From: a virus
Lineage: Duplodnaviria; Caudoviricetes
IMG/VR virus record: IMGVR_UViG_3300009563_000549
Span: 7,257 to 71,256 of that record
Direction: 5' to 3' (one strand)
DNA length: 64,000 nt
Part shown: positions 17,944 to 28,090 of the stretch, piece by piece
How the letters are laid out: the number at the start of each line of letters is the position of its first letter
Position numbering within the stretch: the stretch's first letter is position 1
Position numbers and translations under genes: made by a program
The notes under the pieces: model-generated
Database searches by the model: none
The model's input: only the letters and a program-made list of their open reading frames with translations
Told to the model about the DNA's origin: nothing

Positions 17944-19008
17944 CTAAGAAGTATAATCTCGAGTACTCACCCAGCTTCTCTTATCATCTATTCTGTTCGA
18001 TAAGGTAGAAATAAATCTACCTGCCATCTGAACATCCCCAGCAGCTACGTTGTCAAACATTTTAAGAAGACTTTTTGCTTCAGGTGGTGAAAAAAACGTT
18101 TTGAAGCCTGGTGTAAAACCTGCTGATGCTGCCTTTAAATAATTCACAACGTCAAGAACCATCCTGTCTTTAGATGGATCGACTGTTCCTTGAGCAACAC
18201 CTTGAAATCTTTCAACAATGCTTGAGTAGGGAATTCTCCTTTTACTTGATAGAATAGCAAATAGCGGAGCTTGAAGTTTTTGAAGGTCTGCATACGACTT
18301 CTCAGGAATTTTAAATCCTTTTGAAGCACCTGTTACGAAAATACCTTCTGGGCTTCCCCCAAAAATACTTTCACCAAATATCTCAACTAGAGCCTCAGAC
18401 ATTGAAGCTTCAATTTGCGTTTTTAAGTCTTTGCTTACTTTTTTGTTTGATAAAAGCTGTTCAAGAAAACTTTCCATTTGTTGTTTTCTCATAGCAGACA
18501 AAGGCATTGGTCTTTTTGTGATGTCTTCTTTTGTCAAGAATTTAAGTCTGCCTCTGCTTACTTTAGTCAAAATCGAAGCGTGATTTTTTTGAAGTTCTCC
18601 GCCAAATTCAACAACAAAGGTTGAATTTCCAATTGCGTAATCAATGTAATCAGGTCGATTTTCAGGCTTAAGAATTTCAAAAGAAAATTTACCGTTCTTC
18701 ACTATTGACGGGATAGGAGAATTTCTGATGGTGCTTGCAACTCCACTTAAATCGGCCCAAGAGCCTTTTTCTTTTCCCTTGTATTGTCCAAGAACTTCTT
18801 CATTTTCAATGTAGACAGTCAAATTTTGACCTGCAAGCTTTTCAGTGTATGATGCAAGAGGTTCTCTTCCGAGAATGTCTTCGATTACAAGAATAAGATC
18901 ATCTCTTGTAAGATCTGACAATCTTGGAGTTTTTGACTCATCAAGAAGACGTAGGTCGCTTCTAAGCATTTCAAAAATTAAATTGGAAAGAACAGAAAAT
19001 TTTCTCAT
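17944..19008 (-). CDS. Hypothetical protein, possible ligase-like nucleotidyltransferase fold
   Basis: SPEGIFV...KGFKI resembles ligase motifs IV-V; no clear KxDG. Confidence 0.4.
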   Translation of the reverse strand: MRKFSVLSNLIFEMLRSDLRLLDESKTPRLSDLTRDDLILVIEDILGREPLASYTEKLAGQNLTVYIENEEVLGQYKGKEKGSWADLSGVASTIRNSPIPSIVKNGKFSFEILKPENRPDYIDYAIGNSTFVVEFGGELQKNHASILTKVSRGRLKFLTKEDITKRPMPLSAMRKQQMESFLEQLLSNKKVSKDLKTQIEASMSEALVEIFGESIFGGSPEGIFVTGASKGFKIPEKSYADLQKLQAPLFAILSSKRRIPYSSIVERFQGVAQGTVDPSKDRMVLDVVNYLKAASAGFTPGFKTFFSPPEAKSLLKMFDNVAAGDVQMAGRFISTLSNRIDDKRSWVSTRDYTS

Positions 19009-19027
19009 AATTCCTCTAAATGAGCTT

Positions 19028-19807
19028 TTAAAGAAGCTCTCTGACTAGTTTTCTAATTAGGCTCTCAGCAGTCAAATTCCAATCTTTACGAGGGCACATT
19101 TTGATAGCAGATGTTGAAAGAACATCAAAGATTTCTTCAGCAATTCCTTTTGGAAGACTTGGGAGCATTGGAATGAATCCATTCTTGTCACCTGCGCAAA
19201 GCATTTCTCTCATTTTTGTTCCGCTAATTTGAACAGTTGCTGAGCGAGGAACTCCAAACTTTTTGATGATTGTCCCAAAACTACCAGGGTATTGCTTGTT
19301 CATCAATTCATTTTTGTAGTTGTTTTCGATGTCAACATCATCAGAATAAACGGTAGCTTCAACGTTTTGAGGGTCAATTGTTACATTCGTGAACGGAATA
19401 GTAACGCTTCTTTCTCCCTCTACTTTTGATTTGTGAATTGCTGAAAGAACGTTATGAACTGCAAGAACAGGTGAAGAAGGCGCTCCGTCTGACGGGCTTT
19501 TAATGAGAACATTTCGCGGAAGATTAAGATTTGGAATGAGTAGTTCATCCCAAATGTACTTCATATCACCGCCAAAAACAGGCGTTTCACCAGGAACAAT
19601 TCTTTCTTTTCCTCCTGACGTTTTGGTAGGAGGTTTCGTTCCTCTTGATGAGTGAGAGACAAAAACAAGCACCAGATCGTTGTCCGGTGCTTCGTTAATT
19701 GCAGAATTAGCAGCTTTGCCAAGCGCTGCTATCTCAACAAGCATATGGTGCCCGCGATGATAAGGTTTTGCAGACATAGGCACAAGCCCGATCTTAAACT
19801 TACTCAT
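19028..19807 (-). CDS. HxGH nucleotidyltransferase (cytidylyltransferase/NMNAT-like)
   Basis: PMSAKPYHRGHHMLVE; ISGTKMREML. Confidence 0.7.
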   Translation of the reverse strand: MSKFKIGLVPMSAKPYHRGHHMLVEIAALGKAANSAINEAPDNDLVLVFVSHSSRGTKPPTKTSGGKERIVPGETPVFGGDMKYIWDELLIPNLNLPRNVLIKSPSDGAPSSPVLAVHNVLSAIHKSKVEGERSVTIPFTNVTIDPQNVEATVYSDDVDIENNYKNELMNKQYPGSFGTIIKKFGVPRSATVQISGTKMREMLCAGDKNGFIPMLPSLPKGIAEEIFDVLSTSAIKMCPRKDWNLTAESLIRKLVRELL

Positions 19808-19827
19808 TTTCCCTCTAGAATAAGTAT

Positions 19828-20064
19828 CTATGGATCGAAGCGAATTGGAAAAAGATTGTTTACGTGAAAAAGAAGCATCTTCCCATAAATCAAAACTTTG
19901 ACAAGATTTTTTGATTCAAGTGAAATCACGACTCCAATGTCATTTGAACTTGGGACAAAAATGTTTACGCCATCTGTTGAAATCGCAGAAGAGAACCCAA
20001 GATCAAGGTCGTTCGTTTCGTTTGCTCTAAAATGGACCAAAGTCCCGGGCTCTAATTTCCCCAA
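19828..20064 (-). CDS. Small SH3/KOW-like protein
   Basis: LEPGTLVHF...IGVVI...VKVLI. Confidence 0.5.
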   Translation of the reverse strand: MGKLEPGTLVHFRANETNDLDLGFSSAISTDGVNIFVPSSNDIGVVISLESKNLVKVLIYGKMLLFHVNNLFPIRFDP

Positions 20065-20594
20065 TAGACTTTTTCCCCTCTTTTGTAAAATTGAAGATTT
20101 TTTTTGGAGTGCTCATTTGTGAAATGAGCGTCTTTGTAAATCACAAAATTATTTGGAAGTAAAGCAAACTGTCCGTTTTGCAAATGAAGTAAATTGAGAG
20201 GCTTGTGTTCCTCAGGATATCTGCTGTACCCATCAGACCAGTCAACCACAATCCCTGTATGACGTCCAGCTGATTTAAAATCTTTCAAAGTATTGCAAGA
20301 AAGACCTTCGAGGTATTTCGAGTGCCAAACGTCAAGATTTTCTCCCATTGATGCCCATGGCATTAGAAGACTATTGCAGACATCAAAGTTTTCGGTTGTT
20401 GAAATTGCATGAATAGGAAGCCCACTCCAATTTGCTCCTGACTCAAGAAGAACATGACACATTAGGGTTTGATTTTCTCTTGCATAGATTCCGTGCCAAA
20501 TTCCTCTTGTTACGCCAGCAGGCATCTGGGGACCGAGATGCTTGTTTTCTACATTTACGTAGAAATGAAATGGCAAATTTGAGTGCTTTCCCAT
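20052..20594 (-). CDS. Hypothetical phage protein
   Basis: CHVLLESGANWSGLPIHA...GQFALLPNN. Confidence 0.65.
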   Translation of the reverse strand: MGKHSNLPFHFYVNVENKHLGPQMPAGVTRGIWHGIYARENQTLMCHVLLESGANWSGLPIHAISTTENFDVCNSLLMPWASMGENLDVWHSKYLEGLSCNTLKDFKSAGRHTGIVVDWSDGYSRYPEEHKPLNLLHLQNGQFALLPNNFVIYKDAHFTNEHSKKNLQFYKRGEKVYWGN

Positions 20595-20606
20595 AATTTC
20601 TCCTGT

Positions 20607-21374
20607 TTAAAGACTTAGAATTTTTCTCATAACTCGAATAGAGTCCAACGCGCCATTTGAAGTTGACTCGTTATCAATGAAGCTTTTGATGTAGCTCTGG
20701 TAACCCTGGAGGTGGTCTGAGTTGACCCCAGAATTTGCTAATATGGTAACCAATCCTTCGAATGTAGTTGAATCTGAGGGCTTGCAGTGTAACCCCAGGG
20801 CATCCAGAATGGTCTGGGGTCGTTCATCCCTTTCGACAAGAGTTTTCCCATTTGATTTGATAGTCACTCCGCCCGGATAAGAAATAGTGATCTTTTTGCT
20901 TTTATCATTTGACTGAGATTTTGCAAGATACGAAAGCAAAAGATTTCTATAGACGCCTTTTACCTGTAAAGTTCCACCGGAAAGAAGCCAAGCGGTGTTC
21001 TGAGGATTCTCAGAAAGAATTACGTCAATTTGAACCTTTTCATTTTCACGACCGAAGATTGGAAACAGAACGGACACAAGCGAGCCTACAAGACTCGCCT
21101 TCCCGCGATTGTTTAAAGCTTTTTCAAACTTTTGCAAAAGGTCTTTTTTGGCAAAAGACCTCTTTTGCGAGGTCGACAAGTCAAAAGGACCAACAGCAAT
21201 GTCTACGTCGTTAGATAGAGGCTTCAAGCATGACGAACCTACAAGATGATAAGAAAAGATTCCTGAAGGTTCGAGAACATCTCTTTCAAAGAGATGCAAA
21301 GTAGGTAAAACTTCATCTTTTTTGATTTGCACCGACTCAGAAACAGACAAAGATTTGAAAACATTCCCTCCCAT
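20607..21374 (-). CDS. Pol beta-superfamily nucleotidyltransferase
   Basis: LVGSSCLKPLSNDVDIAV (GS...DxD), VQIDVI. Confidence 0.75.
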   Translation of the reverse strand: MGGNVFKSLSVSESVQIKKDEVLPTLHLFERDVLEPSGIFSYHLVGSSCLKPLSNDVDIAVGPFDLSTSQKRSFAKKDLLQKFEKALNNRGKASLVGSLVSVLFPIFGRENEKVQIDVILSENPQNTAWLLSGGTLQVKGVYRNLLLSYLAKSQSNDKSKKITISYPGGVTIKSNGKTLVERDERPQTILDALGLHCKPSDSTTFEGLVTILANSGVNSDHLQGYQSYIKSFIDNESTSNGALDSIRVMRKILSL

Positions 21375-21375
21375 C

Positions 21376-21774
21376 TTACTCTCCGCTAAAGTAGCTTTTG
21401 ATTTTATCTAAAAGCCCGGGTAGCAAATCAAGTCTTTGAGCTGTCTCGATTGTTTCCCAAGACATTTGATCATTTTCTAAGATTCCGTCTGTAAGTTTAA
21501 GACAAGGAGTGCCTGCCCAGCCTTCTGGAGGGCAAAAATAGTATTGAATGTGATTCGGGTCTTTTACTGGAACAAGAAGGGCGATGTTAATTGTTAGATC
21601 AACTTCTTCGAAAGTTTCGCGAATTGCTGCGTCAATCGAGGTTTCATTTTTTTCAATGGTTCCCCCTGGCAGACTCCATTTAAGCGGCATCCAGGGAGCT
21701 GTTGAGCTTCTTCGAACAAAGAGAATCTCTGACTTGTTGTTCAAAATGATAACAGCTGAAAATTTTGCTTGCAT
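21376..21774 (-). CDS. NUDIX hydrolase
   Basis: GGTIEKNETSIDAAIRETFEEVDL (Nudix box). Confidence 0.9.
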   Translation of the reverse strand: MQAKFSAVIILNNKSEILFVRRSSTAPWMPLKWSLPGGTIEKNETSIDAAIRETFEEVDLTINIALLVPVKDPNHIQYYFCPPEGWAGTPCLKLTDGILENDQMSWETIETAQRLDLLPGLLDKIKSYFSGE

Positions 21775-22973
21775 TAAATCATCCTTAGCGGATTTTTACC
21801 ATAACAGAATAATCCGCGAAGTTTATTAATAGGCGTGAAAACACCCGTAAGCTTGTAAAGCTCATTTTCCCATTTAAAAACGATCCCTTCAACAGGTTTT
21901 TCGAATGTTTGCGTATCAATCTTTGAAAGAAAAATTTCTGCTTTTTGCAAATCAGATCTGCTTCCACGAACCTCGCCGTCTGCAATTGCGCTTTTTACTT
22001 CATTAACAAAATCAATCAAAAATTTTGCATCGTTTGGATTGTTTGACGCAATTTTAAACTCTAAATTCTTAAAAACTGCCTGCGCAAGTTTGTGGAAAAG
22101 CATTTCAAAGTCTTTAAGTGCAATGTCTCTGAAATGGTTGTCTTCGAGCTTTTGGATGTCAAACCAAAGACGCGGGTTAATCTTTTGGGAACGAGCATAG
22201 GTGAAAAATTTAGGGCTTTCAAGAGCAATTCGACGACTAATTTCATCAATAACGTGATCTTGAAGGTAAAATTTGTCAAAAATCTTTGATGAAACAATCT
22301 CCTTCTTTACAAGAAAAGTTACTAAATCTCCAACAGTAGACCCGTCAGGTACAAGCTTGATAAAGCTTTCAAGAGAGTGACAAACCTCGCTTCTCAACAA
22401 ATCAGGAGCGGGATTGATGCAAAGTTTTGGAACTTTTCTAACAGGAATAGGCAATTTTGTCTTTGCAGCAGAATAAACAAATTCTTCGTATGCGTCAAAA
22501 TCAACATCACTAGCTTCTGGATCAAGCAAATGAGGAGAAAACAAACAGATGCAGTTAAAAGAATACGGAATTGTGTTTAAATTGTCGATTATTACAATTT
22601 CTGCATTGACTACAACTTTTCCGTTTTGAAAAAGTCTCTCCGACAAATTTGGAAATGCATTTACAAGAATTTGAAGTGATTTGCAGGCATCCAAAAATGC
22701 ATTTTTAACAGTTTCTTTGCCAGAGTAGGAGTTTTCGAGCATTTCGATTGTGTCTCCACCTTGAGACACTCGAGTCCAGGAAGCCCCTTTGTAGAATTTT
22801 TCGACTTTACCGTTTCTAACGGTAAATGTTAGATTTTGTCCATCAATTTTTTCTTCAACAAGAGGGAAATTTCCCTCAAGCAAAGAAAAAAATGCGCTTT
22901 TTAGAGATGAAAGTGGGAGGTCAAAATTTTCATAAAAGTTTAAAATGTGTGATTTTGGAGCATTCGAGACCAA
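21774..22973 (-). CDS. ATP-dependent RNA/DNA ligase-fold protein (DUF6267-like)
   Basis: EEKIDGQN (motif I KxDG), NAEIV, EGIVFK (motif IV), YKLTG (motif V). Confidence 0.7.
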   Translation of the reverse strand: MVSNAPKSHILNFYENFDLPLSSLKSAFFSLLEGNFPLVEEKIDGQNLTFTVRNGKVEKFYKGASWTRVSQGGDTIEMLENSYSGKETVKNAFLDACKSLQILVNAFPNLSERLFQNGKVVVNAEIVIIDNLNTIPYSFNCICLFSPHLLDPEASDVDFDAYEEFVYSAAKTKLPIPVRKVPKLCINPAPDLLRSEVCHSLESFIKLVPDGSTVGDLVTFLVKKEIVSSKIFDKFYLQDHVIDEISRRIALESPKFFTYARSQKINPRLWFDIQKLEDNHFRDIALKDFEMLFHKLAQAVFKNLEFKIASNNPNDAKFLIDFVNEVKSAIADGEVRGSRSDLQKAEIFLSKIDTQTFEKPVEGIVFKWENELYKLTGVFTPINKLRGLFCYGKNPLRMI

Positions 22974-22991
22974 ATCAACCTCCTCGCACCA

Positions 22992-23522
22992 TCAGGTGAT
23001 CTTAATTGACTTCAAAGAAAGCTGACAGGATGTTACCCAAGGCTCACCATTTCCAAGTTCCATTTCGCCTGCTGCAAGAGCAACGGGGGTTGCAATAGCT
23101 TCCCATCTCTCAATTTCTTGCATTAGGTGGTTTGCAACAATCATCTGCATCTTTCTCTCAATTGGTTTCTGTAGCCAATTGAAAAGAGCAGAATTGACAC
23201 CAGGCGCAGACGTAAATTCACAAACAATCTGACACGTGTTGTTATCAAATGCAGTGAATTTTGTTCCAATTGTTTGCATTAAAGGAAGTTTGTCAATGAG
23301 AATCTCCCAATGAGGAGAAAGATCTTCATCCTCTTCAGGCGCGTCCTCAACTTCTGGTTCAACAGAAGGCTCGCTAGCTTGCTGGGGCTCAGGTAAAGCA
23401 ACAATTCCACTTTTATTTACAAGATTATCAACTGATAGAAACTCTTGAGATTCTTTGTTTTCGGTAGGTGCTGCGCTGTTGTTTTCTAGCTCAAGCTTCT
23501 TTCGACGAATTTTCATAGTCAC
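22992..23522 (-). CDS. Hypothetical protein
   Basis: ORF track. Confidence 0.6.
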   Translation of the reverse strand: MTMKIRRKKLELENNSAAPTENKESQEFLSVDNLVNKSGIVALPEPQQASEPSVEPEVEDAPEEDEDLSPHWEILIDKLPLMQTIGTKFTAFDNNTCQIVCEFTSAPGVNSALFNWLQKPIERKMQMIVANHLMQEIERWEAIATPVALAAGEMELGNGEPWVTSCQLSLKSIKIT

Positions 23523-23709
23523 TTCCTTGATTTAATTGTTGAGAAATTGCGCTTTGAAACTCTCTTTGGGCACGTTCATTGTCCCAAACAGAAACTCCCC
23601 AAGCTTTCATCAAGATTTTCTTGATGTCATCATCAAATTCGATTTTAATTTCAGCAGTTCCATCTTCTTTTTGAAGGATTTCAGTTACCGTAATAGGGAC
23701 TTTCATCAA
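23491..23709 (-). CDS. Hypothetical protein
   Basis: ORF track; RBS GGAGG. Confidence 0.55.
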   Translation of the reverse strand: MMKVPITVTEILQKEDGTAEIKIEFDDDIKKILMKAWGVSVWDNERAQREFQSAISQQLNQGSDYENSSKEA

Positions 23710-23743
23710 ACCTCCAAAATGATTTTATCACAAAAATTGATTA

Positions 23744-24505
23744 TTACACGCTTTTTTTAGCCTTCTTTTTACGAGGAGGCTTAACCGCTGGTTTAAGAGA
23801 ATCAATTTTTACTTTAACAACATCACCATCTTTCAATACGTTGACAAACACTCCGAGGTTATCAATGAAGCGATCTTCTAAAACAAGACAAATTTTACCA
23901 TCGTGATTTTGCAAGGTTCCAGCAATCTCATTTGCAAGGTTCCAAGCTTCCATTTGCTTCTTATAGACAGAATTGAGAAAACCCCAATTTTCAGAATCAA
24001 TTTCAAGTGTATCGGACTTTACGTTGAAATGTTTGTTAAAGATTTGACTCAACCGGTTGTAGGTGGATGCTCTGTGCTGCCAGTAGTAGTGGTTTTTAAA
24101 CCGAAAAGATTCAAAAATTCCATCAATCCACTCACAATCGCTTTTGCTAAGAGCGTAATACTGGGTAGGAATGTCAGCAGTGTCAATAATCTTACGTGCA
24201 AGAGCAATCTGTTTGTCGCTAATAGCGTAACCGTTCTTAATGTTCTTCACAATAGACTGAAGAGTCTCTAATTTCTCACCTGTCAGCTTTTCAAAACAAA
24301 ACCTTGCTTCAACAAAAAGACTCCAGTTAGGCCAGCTTTCAGGAGGACCCTTTTTAAGGAGATCATCTAGAATTGAAAGGCCACGACCGCGAGGCAAAGT
24401 CTCATTTTCAGAAATTGAGTTCAAAAAACCGCCAGCCCAGGTGTCAGCCAGGCCGGCGGCGGAGTATGCAGCTGCAAGATCAAAAACCTGCTTCATATCC
24501 ATCAT
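23744..24505 (-). CDS. Hypothetical protein
   Basis: ORF track; RBS GAGGTGA. Confidence 0.65.
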   Translation of the reverse strand: MMDMKQVFDLAAAYSAAGLADTWAGGFLNSISENETLPRGRGLSILDDLLKKGPPESWPNWSLFVEARFCFEKLTGEKLETLQSIVKNIKNGYAISDKQIALARKIIDTADIPTQYYALSKSDCEWIDGIFESFRFKNHYYWQHRASTYNRLSQIFNKHFNVKSDTLEIDSENWGFLNSVYKKQMEAWNLANEIAGTLQNHDGKICLVLEDRFIDNLGVFVNVLKDGDVVKVKIDSLKPAVKPPRKKKAKKSV

Positions 24506-24582
24506 TCACCTCAAATTGAATTTAATCTACTTTTGGTAGGAATGGAAGGAATTTTCAATCAAATTTTTGATTTTTGCCAATT

Positions 24583-24813
24583 TTAATCAAGAGACTCTTT
24601 GGCAACAAGAGCAGCAAGTCTAAAAATCGAGGCTCGAATTGCCCTCGCCTCGGCTCGCGTAATCCTCTTTTCTTCGCCTTCTTCCGTTTTTAGTGCAGAA
24701 GCGATTTCTCTTACTACTGCTTCTATCTCTGGAGCAAGACTGACAATCTCATCTAGCGTAAGTTTTCCCATTTCAGAGTCCTCCTTTGGGAGCGGTGTTT
24801 CCGCGTTACCCAA
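24583..24813 (-). CDS. Hypothetical small helical protein
   Basis: ORF behind ATACTTA motif. Confidence 0.55.
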   Translation of the reverse strand: MGNAETPLPKEDSEMGKLTLDEIVSLAPEIEAVVREIASALKTEEGEEKRITRAEARAIRASIFRLAALVAKESLD

Positions 24814-24875
24814 TTTTAAGTATCAAGTACTCTGAATGTGTGACAACTTTTATGCTAAATGAGACACAAAATTGC

Positions 24876-25427
24876 TTACTTCATTTTAATTTCTACATCT
24901 TTTTCAACTTCATCACCCCAGACAGCCCAGCCGGGAGCAGATTTTCGAGCAAAAAGTTCAATTTTTGACTGTGTTGGAAACATTTCTTCGATTCTGTTTC
25001 TTACCTCAATAGGCTTTGCAGAGTGTCGTCCTCGAAGCTCTGACACTAGCTGCCTTACATTTCGAGATCCACGAGGCTGAGGGATTTTTCCTCGCTTTCC
25101 AATAAGGCATAGCTCAACCTGAGACATGGTGTAGAACCCAGGATTGACGCGCTGTTTGTCCCAAGCAAATCCTACTGTTGCCCAACTAAACCCCCAAGCT
25201 TTCATAAGATCAATTGCTTGATCAAGATGAGGGCTTGACGACCACATAAAAAGAAGACAATCTTTTTCGCAAATTGAAGGAATGTCAAGACGTTTTAGCT
25301 CGTTGAGCTTCATTGTTGAGTAGTGGCTAATTGCTCCGCCCGACTCAGTTCCATTTTTGCCAGTGTGTTGAACCTGACCTTTGTAATCCCACGGAGGGTC
25401 AGCATAAATAATGCTAAATTTACTCAT
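24876..25427 (-). CDS. MT-A70 family adenine methyltransferase
   Basis: IIYADPPW, LFMW, ELCLIGKRG, HSAKP, KIELFAR, GWAVWG. Confidence 0.92.
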   Translation of the reverse strand: MSKFSIIYADPPWDYKGQVQHTGKNGTESGGAISHYSTMKLNELKRLDIPSICEKDCLLFMWSSSPHLDQAIDLMKAWGFSWATVGFAWDKQRVNPGFYTMSQVELCLIGKRGKIPQPRGSRNVRQLVSELRGRHSAKPIEVRNRIEEMFPTQSKIELFARKSAPGWAVWGDEVEKDVEIKMK

Positions 25428-25818
25428 TTGCGAAATCCTTCAGGTCGCGAATCTTTTGACGAATGTAGTCAAGAATCAAAGGGGCACGCTGCGGAAGCTG
25501 AGACAAGCCTGTCCCAAGCCCGTCAGCCGGGAAAACAACATTACGACCCGCGCTAATGTGATCTTTGAGCTGACGGAAGTCTTCATCAAAAACCGTGGAA
25601 ACATTTTTCAAGTCTTTATCAGTGAAAAAATCACTTTCACGCATACCCGGAGACCACTTGGTGGGAATTCCAAAAGCATTTGGTTCTCCTCGCATCGCGC
25701 CTGCCTGACCGCCGTAACCAGTCTCTTGCATGTTGTCTCCAAATACATAGACAGTATTTGGGTTGTTAGTAAGATCACTACGCTCAATCCACTTTTGAAC
25801 AAGAACCTTGCCTTTCAT
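25420..25818 (-). CDS. Phage protein with macrodomain-like glycine loop (DUF7831-like)
   Basis: VYVFGDN...GYGGQAGAMRGEPNAFGIPTK...DGLGTGLSQLP. Confidence 0.6.
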   Translation of the reverse strand: MKGKVLVQKWIERSDLTNNPNTVYVFGDNMQETGYGGQAGAMRGEPNAFGIPTKWSPGMRESDFFTDKDLKNVSTVFDEDFRQLKDHISAGRNVVFPADGLGTGLSQLPQRAPLILDYIRQKIRDLKDFANE

Positions 25819-25873
25819 TTTACCTCCGTGTTACTCATTTAATTCAAATTTTAGTGTTTAAAAAGGAAATTTG

Positions 25874-27205
25874 TTAGGAATTTTGACCGTTTTCTTTCCA
25901 CAAATCATAAGCTGCAATGATCTTTGGATCAACATCGGACTGATCGCGAAACCTGCAAAACACTGGAAATCGCATTGCTCCGGTATTTGTAAAGGGTGGT
26001 TGATGCTCACATTCCGCAATTTTTCCAATCCAAGAATCAGGATCGTTGTTGATCTCTTCCTTTAGCTTGTCAGTGTAGCCTCCACCAACCCGTGTAATCG
26101 AGCCATTCGAAGTAAGAATTTTGAATCCACCAAAAGAACCAGCTCTCTTTGTAGCCTTGTTTGCTTCATACCAGCCTACAATTACGCCCTCTTCGGTCGC
26201 AACAGGCTTGAGCTTCAAGATTGAATTTGAGCGCTTCCAGATGTAAGGAGCTTTCATATCCTTGAGCATTACGCCCTCGTAACCTTCAGAAAGACATTCT
26301 TCGTAAAAGTCACGAAGACAACTTTCTTTGATACAAACCTTACTTTTGACAAATTTGAAACAGCTTTTTTCATCAAGAGCGTCTTTTCCAATGCAAGAAT
26401 GAAGCAAATAAAGACGCTCGGAGTAAGTCAAACTAGTGGTTTGCTCTTGCCAATGACTAAGAGGGACATAATCAAAAATGTGATAGACCATAGACGAATC
26501 ATCTTTCTTTGACTTTGAAGACATAATCACTGAAGCTGATTCATTCCAGTCGCGTCCCATAACCTCGCCGTCAAAAACGAAATCATCAGAACCAAGAGAC
26601 TCAATTGCAGTCTTAATTGAGGGAAGCGTTTCAAGAATTGTTCCATTTCGAGTGTAAAGAGTAACTTCGCTGTTGTGTTTTACAGCAATTACACGAAGAC
26701 CATCAAGCTTTGCTTCAACTCGAACAGGATACTGAACCTGATCAACAATTTCAAAGCTTCCGTTTACGCCTTTGGTCGAAAGCGAGCTAGCAAGAGCAAC
26801 AGAAAACGGAACAATAGTGTTGGGCCAAACCTTATTCACGGTAGAATGAGAAACTCCGCAACGAAGATTTCGCCAAAGAAGACGCTCAAGCCACTTTTGT
26901 GCGAGCTCGTCGCCTTCTGAAATGAGAGCTCCAACAGCATCACGAGCAGCATTACCAGTCAGGTTTCTAGAGTTAAGAGACTCAAGAAGATCAAGAAACC
27001 GAGCAAGAAGCTCATCACTGTGACCAGAAGAACCTTCAGTCAAAGGCTTGTCATACTTGCTTACGCCCCAATTCTTCCAAGGGTCAAATGCAAGAAAAAA
27101 CGTTCGATGCAAAAGACTGTTTTCTCGATGCTTAGCAAGAATCTTTTCCTTGTAAAGACGAGAATTATCAGACTCAAGAGTTTCAAGAATTTCAATAACT
27201 TGCAT
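25874..27205 (-). CDS. lig: ATP-dependent DNA ligase
   Basis: EAKLDGLR, FDGEV, EGVMLK, LKLKP, RFPVF. Confidence 0.95.
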   Translation of the reverse strand: MQVIEILETLESDNSRLYKEKILAKHRENSLLHRTFFLAFDPWKNWGVSKYDKPLTEGSSGHSDELLARFLDLLESLNSRNLTGNAARDAVGALISEGDELAQKWLERLLWRNLRCGVSHSTVNKVWPNTIVPFSVALASSLSTKGVNGSFEIVDQVQYPVRVEAKLDGLRVIAVKHNSEVTLYTRNGTILETLPSIKTAIESLGSDDFVFDGEVMGRDWNESASVIMSSKSKKDDSSMVYHIFDYVPLSHWQEQTTSLTYSERLYLLHSCIGKDALDEKSCFKFVKSKVCIKESCLRDFYEECLSEGYEGVMLKDMKAPYIWKRSNSILKLKPVATEEGVIVGWYEANKATKRAGSFGGFKILTSNGSITRVGGGYTDKLKEEINNDPDSWIGKIAECEHQPPFTNTGAMRFPVFCRFRDQSDVDPKIIAAYDLWKENGQNS

Positions 27206-27328
27206 TATGTCTCCATTTTTTAGAGGTTACAATCAATAATAACACACTTTTTAGTTTATGAACACACAAACAGCAATAAAATTGCGAACATTTTTTTTGA
27301 GAGTGCTACTTATGATTGGGAGGTTGTC

Positions 27329-27835
27329 GTGAAGAGCAAGAAAAAAGTCGAGCCTAAAATTGAGCCACAGCCAGAGCCTGTTCTTGATTTTCAAGAAGAA
27401 ATTACAGAGGAGATCATAGAGGCACCCGTAATAGCTCATGAAGAAATTCATACTGAGCCTGTATCACTAAGCGTTGAAATGCAACCATCAGGATCAGCTA
27501 CTCAAACAAAAGAATTCCCGAGTCTTTATGACACGATTCCTACAACTTTTGGTGCAATTGTTTTAGGAGGAATTGTAATTGGAGCAATCCAGCTTGTTGT
27601 AAAGAAAATCTTTGACCGCGAAAAGAAAGAACACAGAGCTTTGACGCAATTTGTTACGTCAATGTTTGCTCTTATTGTTGGAATCTGGATTGCTGACAAG
27701 CTTATTGCAGGCCCAACAACTGATCTTCTTTTTGAGCAGGAAAGCAGAGACGTCCTTGTATTTATCAAAGACATTACTCTGATGGTCTTTTCTTACTACT
27801 TTGGAGTAAAAGCGCAGGCGCCTAAAGAAGACTAA
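27329..27835 (+). CDS. Membrane protein with three TM helices (holin-like C-terminus)
   Basis: Three hydrophobic segments ending VFSYYFG. Confidence 0.5.
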   Translation: MKSKKKVEPKIEPQPEPVLDFQEEITEEIIEAPVIAHEEIHTEPVSLSVEMQPSGSATQTKEFPSLYDTIPTTFGAIVLGGIVIGAIQLVVKKIFDREKKEHRALTQFVTSMFALIVGIWIADKLIAGPTTDLLFEQESRDVLVFIKDITLMVFSYYFGVKAQAPKED

Positions 27836-27853
27836 AATTTTGATCAAGGGATG

Positions 27854-28045
27854 TTAGTCTAAAACAAGCATCCCTTGATCTTCTGCTTCTTGCAAAGCTC
27901 TTAAAATTTCTTGGCTTATTTCAAGCGGAATGTTTTTGTCTTGATCATTTCTGTTTCTGCATTCGTTAAAATTAAATCTAATCACGACAGACACAAGACC
28001 GTCATTGTCTGGTGTGTTAGTTTGCCATTCAAACCAGGATTTCAT
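27854..28045 (-). CDS. Hypothetical protein
   Basis: ORF track; RBS GGAG. Confidence 0.5.
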   Translation of the reverse strand: MKSWFEWQTNTPDNDGLVSVVIRFNFNECRNRNDQDKNIPLEISQEILRALQEAEDQGMLVLD

Positions 28046-28090
28046 TATCTACTCCCTTGAGGCATTCTTAACAATCTTAGTTTTTTGAGT

